From: an uncultured Kiritimatiellota bacterium | GTDB lineage: Bacteria; Verrucomicrobiota; Kiritimatiellia; RFP12; DVOR01 | DNA length: 64,000 nucleotides | Assembly (NCBI GenBank): GCA_944389945.1 | Contig: CALXOF010000005.1 | Location: forward strand, 29,215 to 93,214 | Reading direction: 5' to 3' | Part shown: positions 9,345 to 18,124 of the stretch, piece after piece | Layout of the letters: every line of letters begins with the position of its first letter | How positions within the stretch are numbered: the first letter of the stretch is position 1 | Notes under the pieces: generated by a model | Database searches by the model: none | What the model was told of the DNA's origin: nothing | Seen by the model: the letters and a program-made list of their open reading frames with translations, nothing else | Program-made: the position numbers and the translations under genes

Positions 9345-11518
9345 AGAGACGTGACTTTTTGAGGAGCCTTGGCGCGGCGGCGGCGTTGCCGGCCCTGGCA
9401 CGGGCGCAGGACGCCGGCGTGGCGCCGGCCCCCGTGACGGCGATGAATCCCTTCGGCCTGCCCGGCATTGGGGCGCGCCCGAACGTCATCCTGGTGCTCT
9501 GCGACGACCTGGGCTGGGGCGACCTGGGGTGTTTCTGGCAGAACGGGCGGAAGAACGGTCTGCCGCGCATCCATACGCCGAACCTGGACCGCATGGCCGC
9601 CGAGGGCGCGCGGCTCACGGATCACTGCACCACGGCGCCGGTGTGCGCGCCGGCCCGAGCCTCGTTGATGACGGGCAAGAACCAGGGCCACTGCAATCTG
9701 CGCGACAACACCTTCGACGCGGCCATCGACCCGCACATGACGTTGGCCACGGTGATGAAGACGGCGGGTTACGCCACGTGGCACATCGGCAAGTGGGGCA
9801 TCGGCGGCGGCTACCAGAGCAACTCGAAGCGGACGGCGATGGCCTGCCAGGCGGGCTTTGACTACAGCTACGGTTATCCCGCCCATCTGCATGGGCACAG
9901 TTACTACCACTGCTTCATCGAGGGCAAGACCGACATCGATTCCGCCGTCAAGCAGTCGCCCGTGCTGGAGAGTTACTCCGAGGCCGCCTATGCCGCCGCC
10001 GGCAACCCCGCGGGCTTCTCGCGCGACCAAGACGAGGGCGCGAAGACGGCGCAGTGGCGGCGCGTGGTGCCGAACGCCGAGGCGCGTTTCGTCTACGACA
10101 CCGACCTCTTCACGGCGAAGGCCAAGGCCCTCATCCGCGCCCACCAAGAGGGGCCCGACAAGGACAAGCCCTTCTTCTTGCAGCTCTGCCACACCACCAT
10201 CCACGGCAGCGGCAACCGCCAGGTGGCCGACCCCGCCATCGCGAACCAGGAGGTCTTCCAAGTGCCCGGCGGCCCCTACCCCGCCCTGCGCGACGACGAC
10301 CCGACGTGGGGCGGCGGCGCCGACCTCACCGGCAGCGTCAAGGGCGACGCCCAGACCGCCAACACCTGGATCCACCCCGACTACCGCGGCTACGCCACGC
10401 CCAGTCTGCGCCGCTACGCCACCGGCGTCCGCCGTCTGGACGACGCGATGGGCGACCTGCTCCACTTCCTGGCCCTGCGCGGGTTGGACAAGGACACGCT
10501 CATCGTCTTCACCTCCGACAACGGCCCCGCGGGCGAGTATCTGAGCCCCGCCGGTCTCAAGTGGGTGGAGACGCTGGACTCCAACGGCCCCCTGCGCGGC
10601 ATGAAGCGCTGGAGCTATCAGGGCGGTCTGCGCGAGCCCACGGTGGTGCGCTGGCCTGCGGCCGTCAAACCCGGCCAGACCCTCGATTTCCCGTGCGACC
10701 AGACTTGCTGGATGCCCACCTTCGCCGAGGCCGCCGGCCTGCCCGCGCCCGCCCACTCCGACGGCGTCTCGCTCCTGCCGCTCCTCACCGGCGCGGGGCG
10801 TCAGCTGGGCCAACGCCTCTACACGGAATACGTCGACGGCGGTTCCGGACAGGGCTTCGGCCTGGAGCAGTCCCTCCGCGAGGGCGACTGGGCCGTGGTC
10901 CGCAACGTCGGCAAGGGCGGCAAGGTCGAGCTCTACAACCTGGCGGACGACCCCGGGCAGGAGCGCGATGTGGCGGCGGCCAACCCCGAGGTCGCGGCCC
11001 GTCTGGGCGCGCTCCTCATGGCCTCGCGCATCCCCACCTCCCGGACGCCCGCGGCGAGCGGCGCGCCCACCTTCGCCGAGAACGGTTGCCCCGGCCGCTC
11101 GGCGTTGGACGCGGCGGCGATGCCCGCGCCCGTCGGCGAGCCCCCGGTGCGCCCGGCCCTGTGGATTTACCAGGGACATTGGCCGTGGGTGCCCGATTTC
11201 CGCACGCTCATGCCGGTGCACGAGGTGCCGCCCGAGCGCATTCCCACCGTCCTGGCGCGTCTGCCGAAGCAGGGATGCGGCGCGTTGGTGCACGGCGTGA
11301 TTGAGGTCGAGGCCGAACGCGAGGTCGTCTTCCGTGCCGAGGGCGCCGGCGGTTGCCAGCTGTGGGTGCAGGGCGCGCACATCCTGGAATACGAGGCCGG
11401 CGACTGCGCCGGAGGCTGCACCTACAAGCTGCGTCTGGCCGCGGGCAGTCACCCCTGGCGCGCCTGCCTCACCGCCCCCTTCGTCGCCCTCACCGCCGAT
11501 GGAAGGAGCCTGCTGTGA
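9341..11518 (+). CDS. sulfatase (formylglycine-dependent, Tat signal) with ~230-aa C-terminal extension
   Basis: RRDFLRSLGAAAA Tat motif. Sulfatase signature C-A-P-A-R-A-S-L-M-T-G and LCDDLGWGDLG. Confidence 0.88.
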   Translation: MKRRDFLRSLGAAAALPALARAQDAGVAPAPVTAMNPFGLPGIGARPNVILVLCDDLGWGDLGCFWQNGRKNGLPRIHTPNLDRMAAEGARLTDHCTTAPVCAPARASLMTGKNQGHCNLRDNTFDAAIDPHMTLATVMKTAGYATWHIGKWGIGGGYQSNSKRTAMACQAGFDYSYGYPAHLHGHSYYHCFIEGKTDIDSAVKQSPVLESYSEAAYAAAGNPAGFSRDQDEGAKTAQWRRVVPNAEARFVYDTDLFTAKAKALIRAHQEGPDKDKPFFLQLCHTTIHGSGNRQVADPAIANQEVFQVPGGPYPALRDDDPTWGGGADLTGSVKGDAQTANTWIHPDYRGYATPSLRRYATGVRRLDDAMGDLLHFLALRGLDKDTLIVFTSDNGPAGEYLSPAGLKWVETLDSNGPLRGMKRWSYQGGLREPTVVRWPAAVKPGQTLDFPCDQTCWMPTFAEAAGLPAPAHSDGVSLLPLLTGAGRQLGQRLYTEYVDGGSGQGFGLEQSLREGDWAVVRNVGKGGKVELYNLADDPGQERDVAAANPEVAARLGALLMASRIPTSRTPAASGAPTFAENGCPGRSALDAAAMPAPVGEPPVRPALWIYQGHWPWVPDFRTLMPVHEVPPERIPTVLARLPKQGCGALVHGVIEVEAEREVVFRAEGAGGCQLWVQGAHILEYEAGDCAGGCTYKLRLAAGSHPWRACLTAPFVALTADGRSLL

Positions 11519-12174
11519 AACTCCGCACCGTCGCCGAACTGGACGAGATCCACGACGCCCTCGCGGCCGAGTTCGCGAAGGTCGAGGCGCCCATCATGGA
11601 CCTGGTGGCCGCGCAGACCCGCGACCCCTGGTGCGTGCTGATCGGCACCATCCTCTCCGCCCGCACCAAGGACCAGGTGACCGCCCAGGCCGTGCGGCGC
11701 CTCCTGCCCGCCGCGCCCACGCCCCAGGCCCTGGCCAAACTCTCCGTCGAGGAGATTGAGGAACTCATCTTCCCCGTCGGCTTCTACCACGCCAAGGCGC
11801 GCCACCTGGCCGACCTCCCCGCCGTGCTCGAGGCGAAGTTCGGCGGCAAGTTGCCCGACACCGTCGAGGCCCTGTGCGAGCTTCCCGGCGTGGGCCGCAA
11901 GACCGCGAACCTCGTGGTTGCGCTCGGCTTCGGTCTGCCCGCCATCTGCGTGGACACCCACGTGCACCGCATCAACAACCGTCTGGGCATCGTGCGCACC
12001 AAGACGCCGCTGGAGACCGAGATGGCCCTGCGCCGCCGTCTGCCCCAGCGCCTCTGGGTGCCGTGGAACTCCATCTTCGTCTCCTTCGGCCAGACGCGTT
12101 GCAAGCCCATCGGCCCCAAGTGCGAGGGTTGCCCCGTGGCGAAGTTCTGCCTCGACAAGGGGAAGCGCAAATGA
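11515..12174 (+). CDS. nth: endonuclease III (DNA glycosylase/AP lyase)
   Basis: GTG start overlapping the sulfatase stop. HhH-GPD motif LPGVGRKTANLV and 4Fe-4S C-x6-C-x2-C-x5-C at the C-terminus. Confidence 0.88.
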   Translation: MKLRTVAELDEIHDALAAEFAKVEAPIMDLVAAQTRDPWCVLIGTILSARTKDQVTAQAVRRLLPAAPTPQALAKLSVEEIEELIFPVGFYHAKARHLADLPAVLEAKFGGKLPDTVEALCELPGVGRKTANLVVALGFGLPAICVDTHVHRINNRLGIVRTKTPLETEMALRRRLPQRLWVPWNSIFVSFGQTRCKPIGPKCEGCPVAKFCLDKGKRK

Positions 12175-12833
12175 CCGCACTCCCCGCGCTCGCCCTCTTC
12201 GACATCGACGGCACGCTCTTCGACTCCGAGCGCGTGTGGGCCGAGGCCCTCGCCCTCGCGATGGAGGAGCTCGGTGAGCGCCAACGCCCCGAGCGCCTCA
12301 TGGCCCTCATCTACGGCATGGCCTGGCCCGACGCCTGGCGCACCCTGCGCGACGCCTTCCCCGAGGCCCTCGGCGGACTCTCGGCCTTCGCGCTCGGCCA
12401 GATGATGGTGAAGCGGTTCGACGCCCTCTTCGCCGCGCGCCCGCCCGTCATCCAGCCGGCCATCGACCTCCTGCGCCGCCTCCGCGCCGCGGGCGTCCCC
12501 TGCGCCTACGTCTCGGGCAGCCCCCGCGCCACCATCGCCCACGACCTCCGCGCCGCCGCCATCGAGACCCTCCTGGACGAGTCCCGCTCCGTCCCCTCCG
12601 ACGACGTCACCCGCGGCAAACCCGACCCCGAGGGCTACCTGCTCGCGCTCCGCCGCTTCGGCGCCGACCCCGCGCAGACCGTCGTCTTCGAGGACAGCCG
12701 CGTGGGTGCGACCGCCGCCCTCGCCGCCGGCATCGGCCGCGTCTGCGTCTGCCCGCCGCCCTCGGCCCCCGTGCAGGACTATCCCGAAGGCGTCATCCGC
12801 CTGGCCTCGTGGCACGACTTCCCCCTGCCATGA
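12171..12833 (+). CDS. HAD-family hydrolase (phosphatase)
   Basis: LFDIDGTLFDS motif I and GKPDPEGY..VFEDS motifs. ATGA overlap with nth. Confidence 0.8.
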   Translation: MTALPALALFDIDGTLFDSERVWAEALALAMEELGERQRPERLMALIYGMAWPDAWRTLRDAFPEALGGLSAFALGQMMVKRFDALFAARPPVIQPAIDLLRRLRAAGVPCAYVSGSPRATIAHDLRAAAIETLLDESRSVPSDDVTRGKPDPEGYLLALRRFGADPAQTVVFEDSRVGATAALAAGIGRVCVCPPPSAPVQDYPEGVIRLASWHDFPLP

Positions 12834-14368
12834 CCGAGACCAGCCGCCTCTTCGTGAATGTCGCCGCCGGCTACGGCCGCTCCCTTGTGGCGTTGGTCTG
12901 CGGACTCTTCACCGGCCGCTGGATCCTCATGGCCTTGGGGCAGACCGACTACGGCCTCTACGGCGTGGTCGGCGGCCTCACCGTCTTCATCGACTTCTTC
13001 AACATGCTCCTGGCCGACGCCGTCGCCCGCTTCTACGCCGTGGCCGTGGGGCGCGCGGGCCGTGACCCCGCCGCGGGGTTGGAGGACTGCCGCCGCTGGT
13101 TCAGCGTGGCCCTCACCCTGCACATCCTCCTGCCCCTGATGCTGATGGCTGTGGGCTATCCCCTCGGCGACTGGGCCATCCGTGTTTGGCTCGACGTGCC
13201 GCCCGACCGCGTCGAGGCCTGCCGCTGGGTCTTCCGCTGCCTCTGCGTCTCCTGCTTTGTGGGCATGGCCAACGCGCCCTTCCGCGCCATGTTCGTCGCC
13301 AAGCAGCGCCTGGCCGAGCTGAACCTCTACTACTTTCTTCAGACGTTGGCGAACTTCGCCTTCGTCCTCTGGATGGTGACGCGCCCAGCGGGGAGCGGCC
13401 CCTGGTTGGTGCCCTTCGCCGCCTGGGTCATGGTCATCCGCCTGGGGCCCGACCTCATGATTGTTGCACGCGCGGCCCTCGCCTTCCCGGAATGCCGCCC
13501 CCGCTTCCGCTGGCTGTGGGATGCCGCACGCGTGCGGGCGCTCTGCGCCTTCGCGGGGTGGAACCTCTTCGGGGCGCTGGGCTGGCTCCTGCGGCTGCAA
13601 GGCATGGCCGTGCTCGTCAACCGCCTCTTCGGCCCCGTGGCCAACGCCGGCCTCTCCGTGGCCAACACCGTCAGCTTCCACTGCGGCAACCTCGCCACCG
13701 CCCTCACCACCGCCTTCACCCCCGCCATCGCCAACGCCCGCGGCGCCGACGACCTCGGGCATATGCGCGAGCTGGCCTACCGCACCTCCAAGCTCGCCCC
13801 CCTCCTGACCCTCCTCTTCCTCCTGCCCCTCGCCCTCGAGCTCCCCTACGCCCTCAACCTGTGGCTCGACGAACCGCCGCCAGACGCCACAGGCCTGGCC
13901 TACTGCATCTTCGCCGCCACGCTCCTCGAGCGCCTCTCCGCCGGCCACCTCATCGCCGTCAACGCCAACGGCCGCATCGCCCGCTACCAGGCCGTCACCG
14001 GCGGCGCGGCCATCCTCACCCTACCCTTAGCCGCCCTCCTCGGCAGCCTCGCGCACAACGTCCTGGCCGCGGGCGTGGCCCTTGCCGTCGGCTCGGCGGC
14101 CGCCTCGCTCGCCGGCGTCTGGCTCGCGCGCGGATTGGTCGGCATGGGCGCACGCCGCTGGCTGTGGCGCATTGTCCTGCCGCTGACGGGGATCTCCCTG
14201 ACCGCCGCGGCGGTCGGCGCCCTGCCCCACCTCTGGATAGCCCCCTCCTTCGGTCGCCTCTGCCTAACCACCCTCCTCACCGAGGCCACCTTCCTCCCCC
14301 TCTCTTGGTTCCTCCTCACCGCCTCCGAACGCGCTTACCTCCGCGCCTCCCTCCGCCGCCTCGTCTAA
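12830..14368 (+). CDS. polysaccharide biosynthesis protein / oligosaccharide flippase (MOP superfamily, Wzx-like)
   Basis: ~512 aa and highly hydrophobic with more than 10 TM segments. ATGA overlap with the HAD gene. Confidence 0.65.
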   Translation: MTETSRLFVNVAAGYGRSLVALVCGLFTGRWILMALGQTDYGLYGVVGGLTVFIDFFNMLLADAVARFYAVAVGRAGRDPAAGLEDCRRWFSVALTLHILLPLMLMAVGYPLGDWAIRVWLDVPPDRVEACRWVFRCLCVSCFVGMANAPFRAMFVAKQRLAELNLYYFLQTLANFAFVLWMVTRPAGSGPWLVPFAAWVMVIRLGPDLMIVARAALAFPECRPRFRWLWDAARVRALCAFAGWNLFGALGWLLRLQGMAVLVNRLFGPVANAGLSVANTVSFHCGNLATALTTAFTPAIANARGADDLGHMRELAYRTSKLAPLLTLLFLLPLALELPYALNLWLDEPPPDATGLAYCIFAATLLERLSAGHLIAVNANGRIARYQAVTGGAAILTLPLAALLGSLAHNVLAAGVALAVGSAAASLAGVWLARGLVGMGARRWLWRIVLPLTGISLTAAAVGALPHLWIAPSFGRLCLTTLLTEATFLPLSWFLLTASERAYLRASLRRLV

Positions 14369-14378
14369 GCCCCAAAAA

Positions 14379-14484
14379 GGGTCCTCCGCGAGACCCTATA
14401 GTGGTCCGAGGTCAACCACTATAAGGGTCGGGGTCGAGACCCTATAGTGGTCCACCCCGAAACCCTTAAGGGTCCGCGAAGGAG
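14379..14484 (+). repeat. Family-C triple-palindrome element, copy 2
   Basis: gagaccctatagtggtccgaggtcaaccactataagggtcggggtcgagaccctatagtggtcc...cccttaagggtccgcg. Confidence 0.85.
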
Positions 14485-14589
14485 GACTAAAGGCCCCTGT
14501 TGCCCCCACTCGTGTCGCCTCTTGGCAGGTCGCAGACGTGCCCGCAGGTGCAGGGGGTGTTTCCCCTGCCGAAGCGTGAACCAGCGCCC

Positions 14590-14805
14590 CACACCCCCTC
14601 AACCTCTCTGTCGCGCACTTGCGCGCGCTGCTCTCCGTTTTCCGTTCTCCAGGGCGCACTAGCGTCCCATATGCACCTTTACCAAAGACCTGTCATTTGT
14701 TCCTTCGCTCTCGCCCATCGCCTTCGCGCTGGAAGAAGAGAAGCGAGGGGGGGTGGGGTGAAGCCTCACCGACAAGACCAAGCCTCCAAGCTTCCAAGCT
14801 TCCAT
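14590..14805 (+). repeat. composite intergenic mosaic: Family-A composite (cacaccccctcaac..gtcgcgcacttgcgcgcg..ctccgttttccgttctcc..gggcgcactagcgtccc), AATGACAGGTCTTTGG motif (14681..14699, antisense), Family-B (ccaagcctccaagcttccaagcttcc)
   Basis: Each module recurs elsewhere (e.g. 21330-21432, 28131, 22590). Confidence 0.8.
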
Positions 14806-14866
14806 TTAGGTGCATTGTATTCTCACTTCCAATCGAGTATACTGTCTCTGTCCGTTGGAGGTTAGC

Positions 14867-16015
14867 ATGAAGAGAGTCCGTTTTGTTGCGTTGCTTTTGG
14901 TTTGCCTCTGGGGGGCCGCCTCCGTCGCGGCGCCCGAAGAGGACCTCTCCCCCACCGAGCAGGCCGCACGCTACCGCGAGGCGGCGGAACAGGGAGACGC
15001 CGAGGCGCAGAACAACCTTGGCACCTGTTACGCCACCGGCGAAGGCGTGGCGCAGTCTTACGAAGAGGCGCTGAAGTGGTTCCGCAAATCCGCGGAGCAA
15101 GGGTACGCCGAGGCGCAGTTCAACCTTGGCCTCTCTTATTACAACGGCCGAGGCGTGGAGCGGTCTGACGCAGAGGCCGTCAAGTGGTACCTCAAGGCCG
15201 CGGAGCAAGGCATCGCACAGGCCCAATATGAAGTGGGGGTCTTCTATGCGGATGGGGAGGGCGTGGAACAATCCTATGAGGAGGCCGCGAAGTGGTTCCT
15301 TAAAGCGGCGGAACAGGGAGTCCTGGAAGCGCAATTCAACCTCGCGCTGTATTATCAGAAGGGCCAAGGCGTGAAGCAGTCCTATGAAGAGGCGGCCAAG
15401 TGGTGGCGCAAGGCCGCGGAACAGGGGAATGCCCAGGCGCAGACCAACCTCGCTTTCTATTACGACAAGGGCCAAGGCGTGAAGCAGTCCGATGAAGAGG
15501 CGGCCAAGTGGTATCGCAAGGCGGCGGAGCAGGGGGATGCCCAGGCGCAGACCAACCTCGCACTGTGTTACACCAGTGGCCGCGGCGTGAAACAGTCCAA
15601 CGAGGAGGCCGCAACGTGGTTCCGCAAGGCCGCCGAGCAGGGAAACGCCCAGGCGCAGACCAATCTGGGCTGGCAGTGTTACACCGGCCAAGGCACGGCG
15701 CAGTCGTATGAGGAGGCGGTCAAGTGGTGGCGCAAGGCCGCGGAGCAAGGGGACCTTTTGGCGCAGTGCAACCTCGGCATGTGCTATCTCTATGGAGAAG
15801 GCGTGAGGCGGTCCGACACGGAGGCCGTGAAGTGGCTCCGCAAGGCCGCGGAGCAGGGGAATGCCCAGGCGCAACGGGCCCTTGGCGCGTGCTATGCCTA
15901 TGGCCGGGGCGTGAGGCGTTCGACGGAGCAGGCGAAGGTGTGGTTGCGGAAGGCCATCGAGCAAGGCGACCGGGAGGCGGGAGGCCTCTTGTTGGAGTTG
16001 CAAGCCAACGAGTGA
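14867..16015 (+). CDS. Sel1-repeat (SLR/TPR-like) secreted protein
   Basis: Signal peptide MKRVRFVALLLVCLWGAASVAA followed by ~9 tandem 36-aa Sel1 units (EAxKWyRKAAEQGxAxAQxNLGxCY). RBS ggagg. Confidence 0.85.
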   Translation: MKRVRFVALLLVCLWGAASVAAPEEDLSPTEQAARYREAAEQGDAEAQNNLGTCYATGEGVAQSYEEALKWFRKSAEQGYAEAQFNLGLSYYNGRGVERSDAEAVKWYLKAAEQGIAQAQYEVGVFYADGEGVEQSYEEAAKWFLKAAEQGVLEAQFNLALYYQKGQGVKQSYEEAAKWWRKAAEQGNAQAQTNLAFYYDKGQGVKQSDEEAAKWYRKAAEQGDAQAQTNLALCYTSGRGVKQSNEEAATWFRKAAEQGNAQAQTNLGWQCYTGQGTAQSYEEAVKWWRKAAEQGDLLAQCNLGMCYLYGEGVRRSDTEAVKWLRKAAEQGNAQAQRALGACYAYGRGVRRSTEQAKVWLRKAIEQGDREAGGLLLELQANE

Positions 16016-16076
16016 TTCGGCGGCTTCGCCGGTCGCCCCACAGGGGCGATTCCAATCAGCCAATCAGCTAATCAGC

Positions 16077-16101
16077 GGGGCGCTCCAGCGTCCCTTTTTT
16101 T
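16077..16101 (+). terminator. rho-independent terminator (GGGGCGCTCCAGCGTCCC plus TTTTTTT)
   Basis: Downstream of the Sel1 gene; preceded by a CAATCAG x3 heptamer array. Confidence 0.7.
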
Positions 16102-16155
16102 CTTGCGTGGGGGGCGGTGGATGGGATAAACTAGTGCTTAAAGGAGAGAGACCCT

Positions 16156-16401
16156 ATGGTGAAGGTAACGATTTGCATGGGCAGCTCGTGCTTCTCGCGC
16201 GGGAACAACAGGAACCTGGACGCCGTGCGCGCGTGGCTGACGGTGCATGGGCACACGGCGGACGTGGAGCTGAAGGGGTGCCGTTGCGGCGGCAAATGCG
16301 GGGAGGGACCCAACATCTGGATTGACGGGGTGTGCCACAGCGAGGTGACGCCGCAGTCGGTGCCGGAACTCTTGGCCGCGGCTTTCGGGGAGGAGGCGTA
16401 A
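16156..16401 (+). CDS. thioredoxin-like [2Fe-2S] ferredoxin (NuoE/HfsA-like small subunit)
   Basis: 81 aa. CMGSSC...C..GKCGEGPN Cys pattern. Immediately precedes the hydrogenase gene (1-nt gap). Confidence 0.7.
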   Translation: MVKVTICMGSSCFSRGNNRNLDAVRAWLTVHGHTADVELKGCRCGGKCGEGPNIWIDGVCHSEVTPQSVPELLAAAFGEEA

Positions 16402-16402
16402 G

Positions 16403-18124
16403 ATGAACGCGTTGGCGCCGGTTTATTCCGTTGAGGCCCAGTGCCGCGACTGCTACAAGTGCGTGCGGCGGTGCCCGGTGAAGGCCATCCGCGTGGAGAA
16501 CGACCATGCGGTCGTTATCCCGGAGGCGTGCATCTTCTGCGGGACGTGCGTGGGGACGTGCCCGAACCACGCGAAGATGGTGCGCGACGACCTGATGACG
16601 GTGCGCAACCTGGTGGGCGCGCGCAAGGACGTGATTCTCTCGGTGGCGCCGAGCTTCGCCTCGGAGTTCCCCGGCGTGGACCCCGCGCGTTTCTCGACGG
16701 CGATGAAGCGGCTGGGTTTCGCGCGGATGCGGGAGACGGCGGTGGGGGCCAACATCGTCTCGCGCCGGGTGGCGGAGCTGATGGCGAAGAGCACAGGGCA
16801 CCGTCTGCAGATTTCTTCGGCGTGTCCGGTGGTGGTGGAGCTCATCCAGCGCTATCACCCGCGTTTCTCGGCCTATCTCACGCCGGTGGATTCGCCCATC
16901 ATCGCGCACAGCAAAGCCTTGCGGCGCGAGTTCCCCGACGCGCCGATCGTCTTCGTGGGCCCCTGCGTGGGCAAGAAGCACGAGAGCGACCTGCAGCCCG
17001 AACTCCTGACCGCGGCCCTGACCTTCGAGGAGCTCCGCCGCTGGATGCTCATGGCCGGCGTGGAAGACCCCAACACCTGCGAGCCCGACCCGGAGTACCG
17101 TCTGCCGGGCGACGGCGCCTACTACCCCATCGAGGGCGGAATGCTCCGGAGCGTGGAGCGTAACTTCCGCGCCTTGGCGCCCGACGACGAGCTCCAGCCC
17201 ATGACCCTGACGGGCGTGAACACCCTGCGCACCATGCTCGACACCCTCGACCCCAAGACCCTGGAGCAGCCCGTCTTCATCGAGGCGCTGGCCTGTCCCG
17301 GTGGGTGCGTCTGCGGGCCCAAGACGCGCGTCAAGTGCGCCGCCGGCGGCATGCTCGACGTGCTCCGCCACGCCAAGAAGACCGGCCCGGACGACCCCGA
17401 GGACAAGCCCGACGTCGGCCGCCACTACCGTCCCCAGCCCGCCGCCGCGGCCGACTTCACGGAGGAGCAGATCCAGTCCACGCTCCACACGCTGGGCAAG
17501 TACACCCCGCAGGACGAACTCAACTGCGCCGGCTGCGGCTACGACTCCTGCCGCGCCCTGGCCTGCGCCATCCTGGCCGGCAACGCCGAGCCGCAGATGT
17601 GCGTCAGCCGCATGCGCCAGATCGCCCTCAAGCAGAGCTCCGCCATCGACCGCGCCCTGCCCTACGGCCTGGTGGTGGCCGACAAGCAACTCCGCGTCAT
17701 CGAGTGCAACGAACGCTTCGCCGAGCTCCTGGGCGACGCCGTGAAGTTGGCCTACGACGCCAAGCCCGGTCTGCGCGACGCCGACCTCGGCCGCCTCATC
17801 CCCCAGACGCAGCTCTTCCAGAAGGTGCTCGAGACCGGCGAGGAGATCATCCGCCGCACGGTGGAGATCGATGGCCGCCTCTTCTCCCTTACCATCTTCA
17901 ACGTGGACGTGCACGAGGTCATCGGCGCGCTCATCCTCGACGTCACCGAGAGCGAACAAAACCGCCGCGCCCTCATCGAGAAGGCCCGCACCGTCGTCAC
18001 CAACACCGCCAAAACCGTCCAGGAGATTGCCTTCATGCTCGGCCGCAATGCCGCCGAGAGCGAGCTGATCCTCGACTCCGCGGTGGAGATGTTCGCGCCC
18101 ATCGATTCGGAGGACGGGCCATGA
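16403..18124 (+). CDS. sensory-type [FeFe]-hydrogenase homolog (HydS/HfsB-like): N-terminal 2x[4Fe-4S] ferredoxin, H-cluster domain, C-terminal PAS domain
   Basis: CRDCYKCVRRCP and CIFCGTCVGTCP ferredoxin motifs. H-domain motifs SSACPVVV, FVGPCVGKK, ACPGGC. Extra CAGCGYDSC cluster. PAS-like C-terminus (LPYGLVVADKQLRVIECNERF). Confidence 0.8.
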   Translation: MNALAPVYSVEAQCRDCYKCVRRCPVKAIRVENDHAVVIPEACIFCGTCVGTCPNHAKMVRDDLMTVRNLVGARKDVILSVAPSFASEFPGVDPARFSTAMKRLGFARMRETAVGANIVSRRVAELMAKSTGHRLQISSACPVVVELIQRYHPRFSAYLTPVDSPIIAHSKALRREFPDAPIVFVGPCVGKKHESDLQPELLTAALTFEELRRWMLMAGVEDPNTCEPDPEYRLPGDGAYYPIEGGMLRSVERNFRALAPDDELQPMTLTGVNTLRTMLDTLDPKTLEQPVFIEALACPGGCVCGPKTRVKCAAGGMLDVLRHAKKTGPDDPEDKPDVGRHYRPQPAAAADFTEEQIQSTLHTLGKYTPQDELNCAGCGYDSCRALACAILAGNAEPQMCVSRMRQIALKQSSAIDRALPYGLVVADKQLRVIECNERFAELLGDAVKLAYDAKPGLRDADLGRLIPQTQLFQKVLETGEEIIRRTVEIDGRLFSLTIFNVDVHEVIGALILDVTESEQNRRALIEKARTVVTNTAKTVQEIAFMLGRNAAESELILDSAVEMFAPIDSEDGP

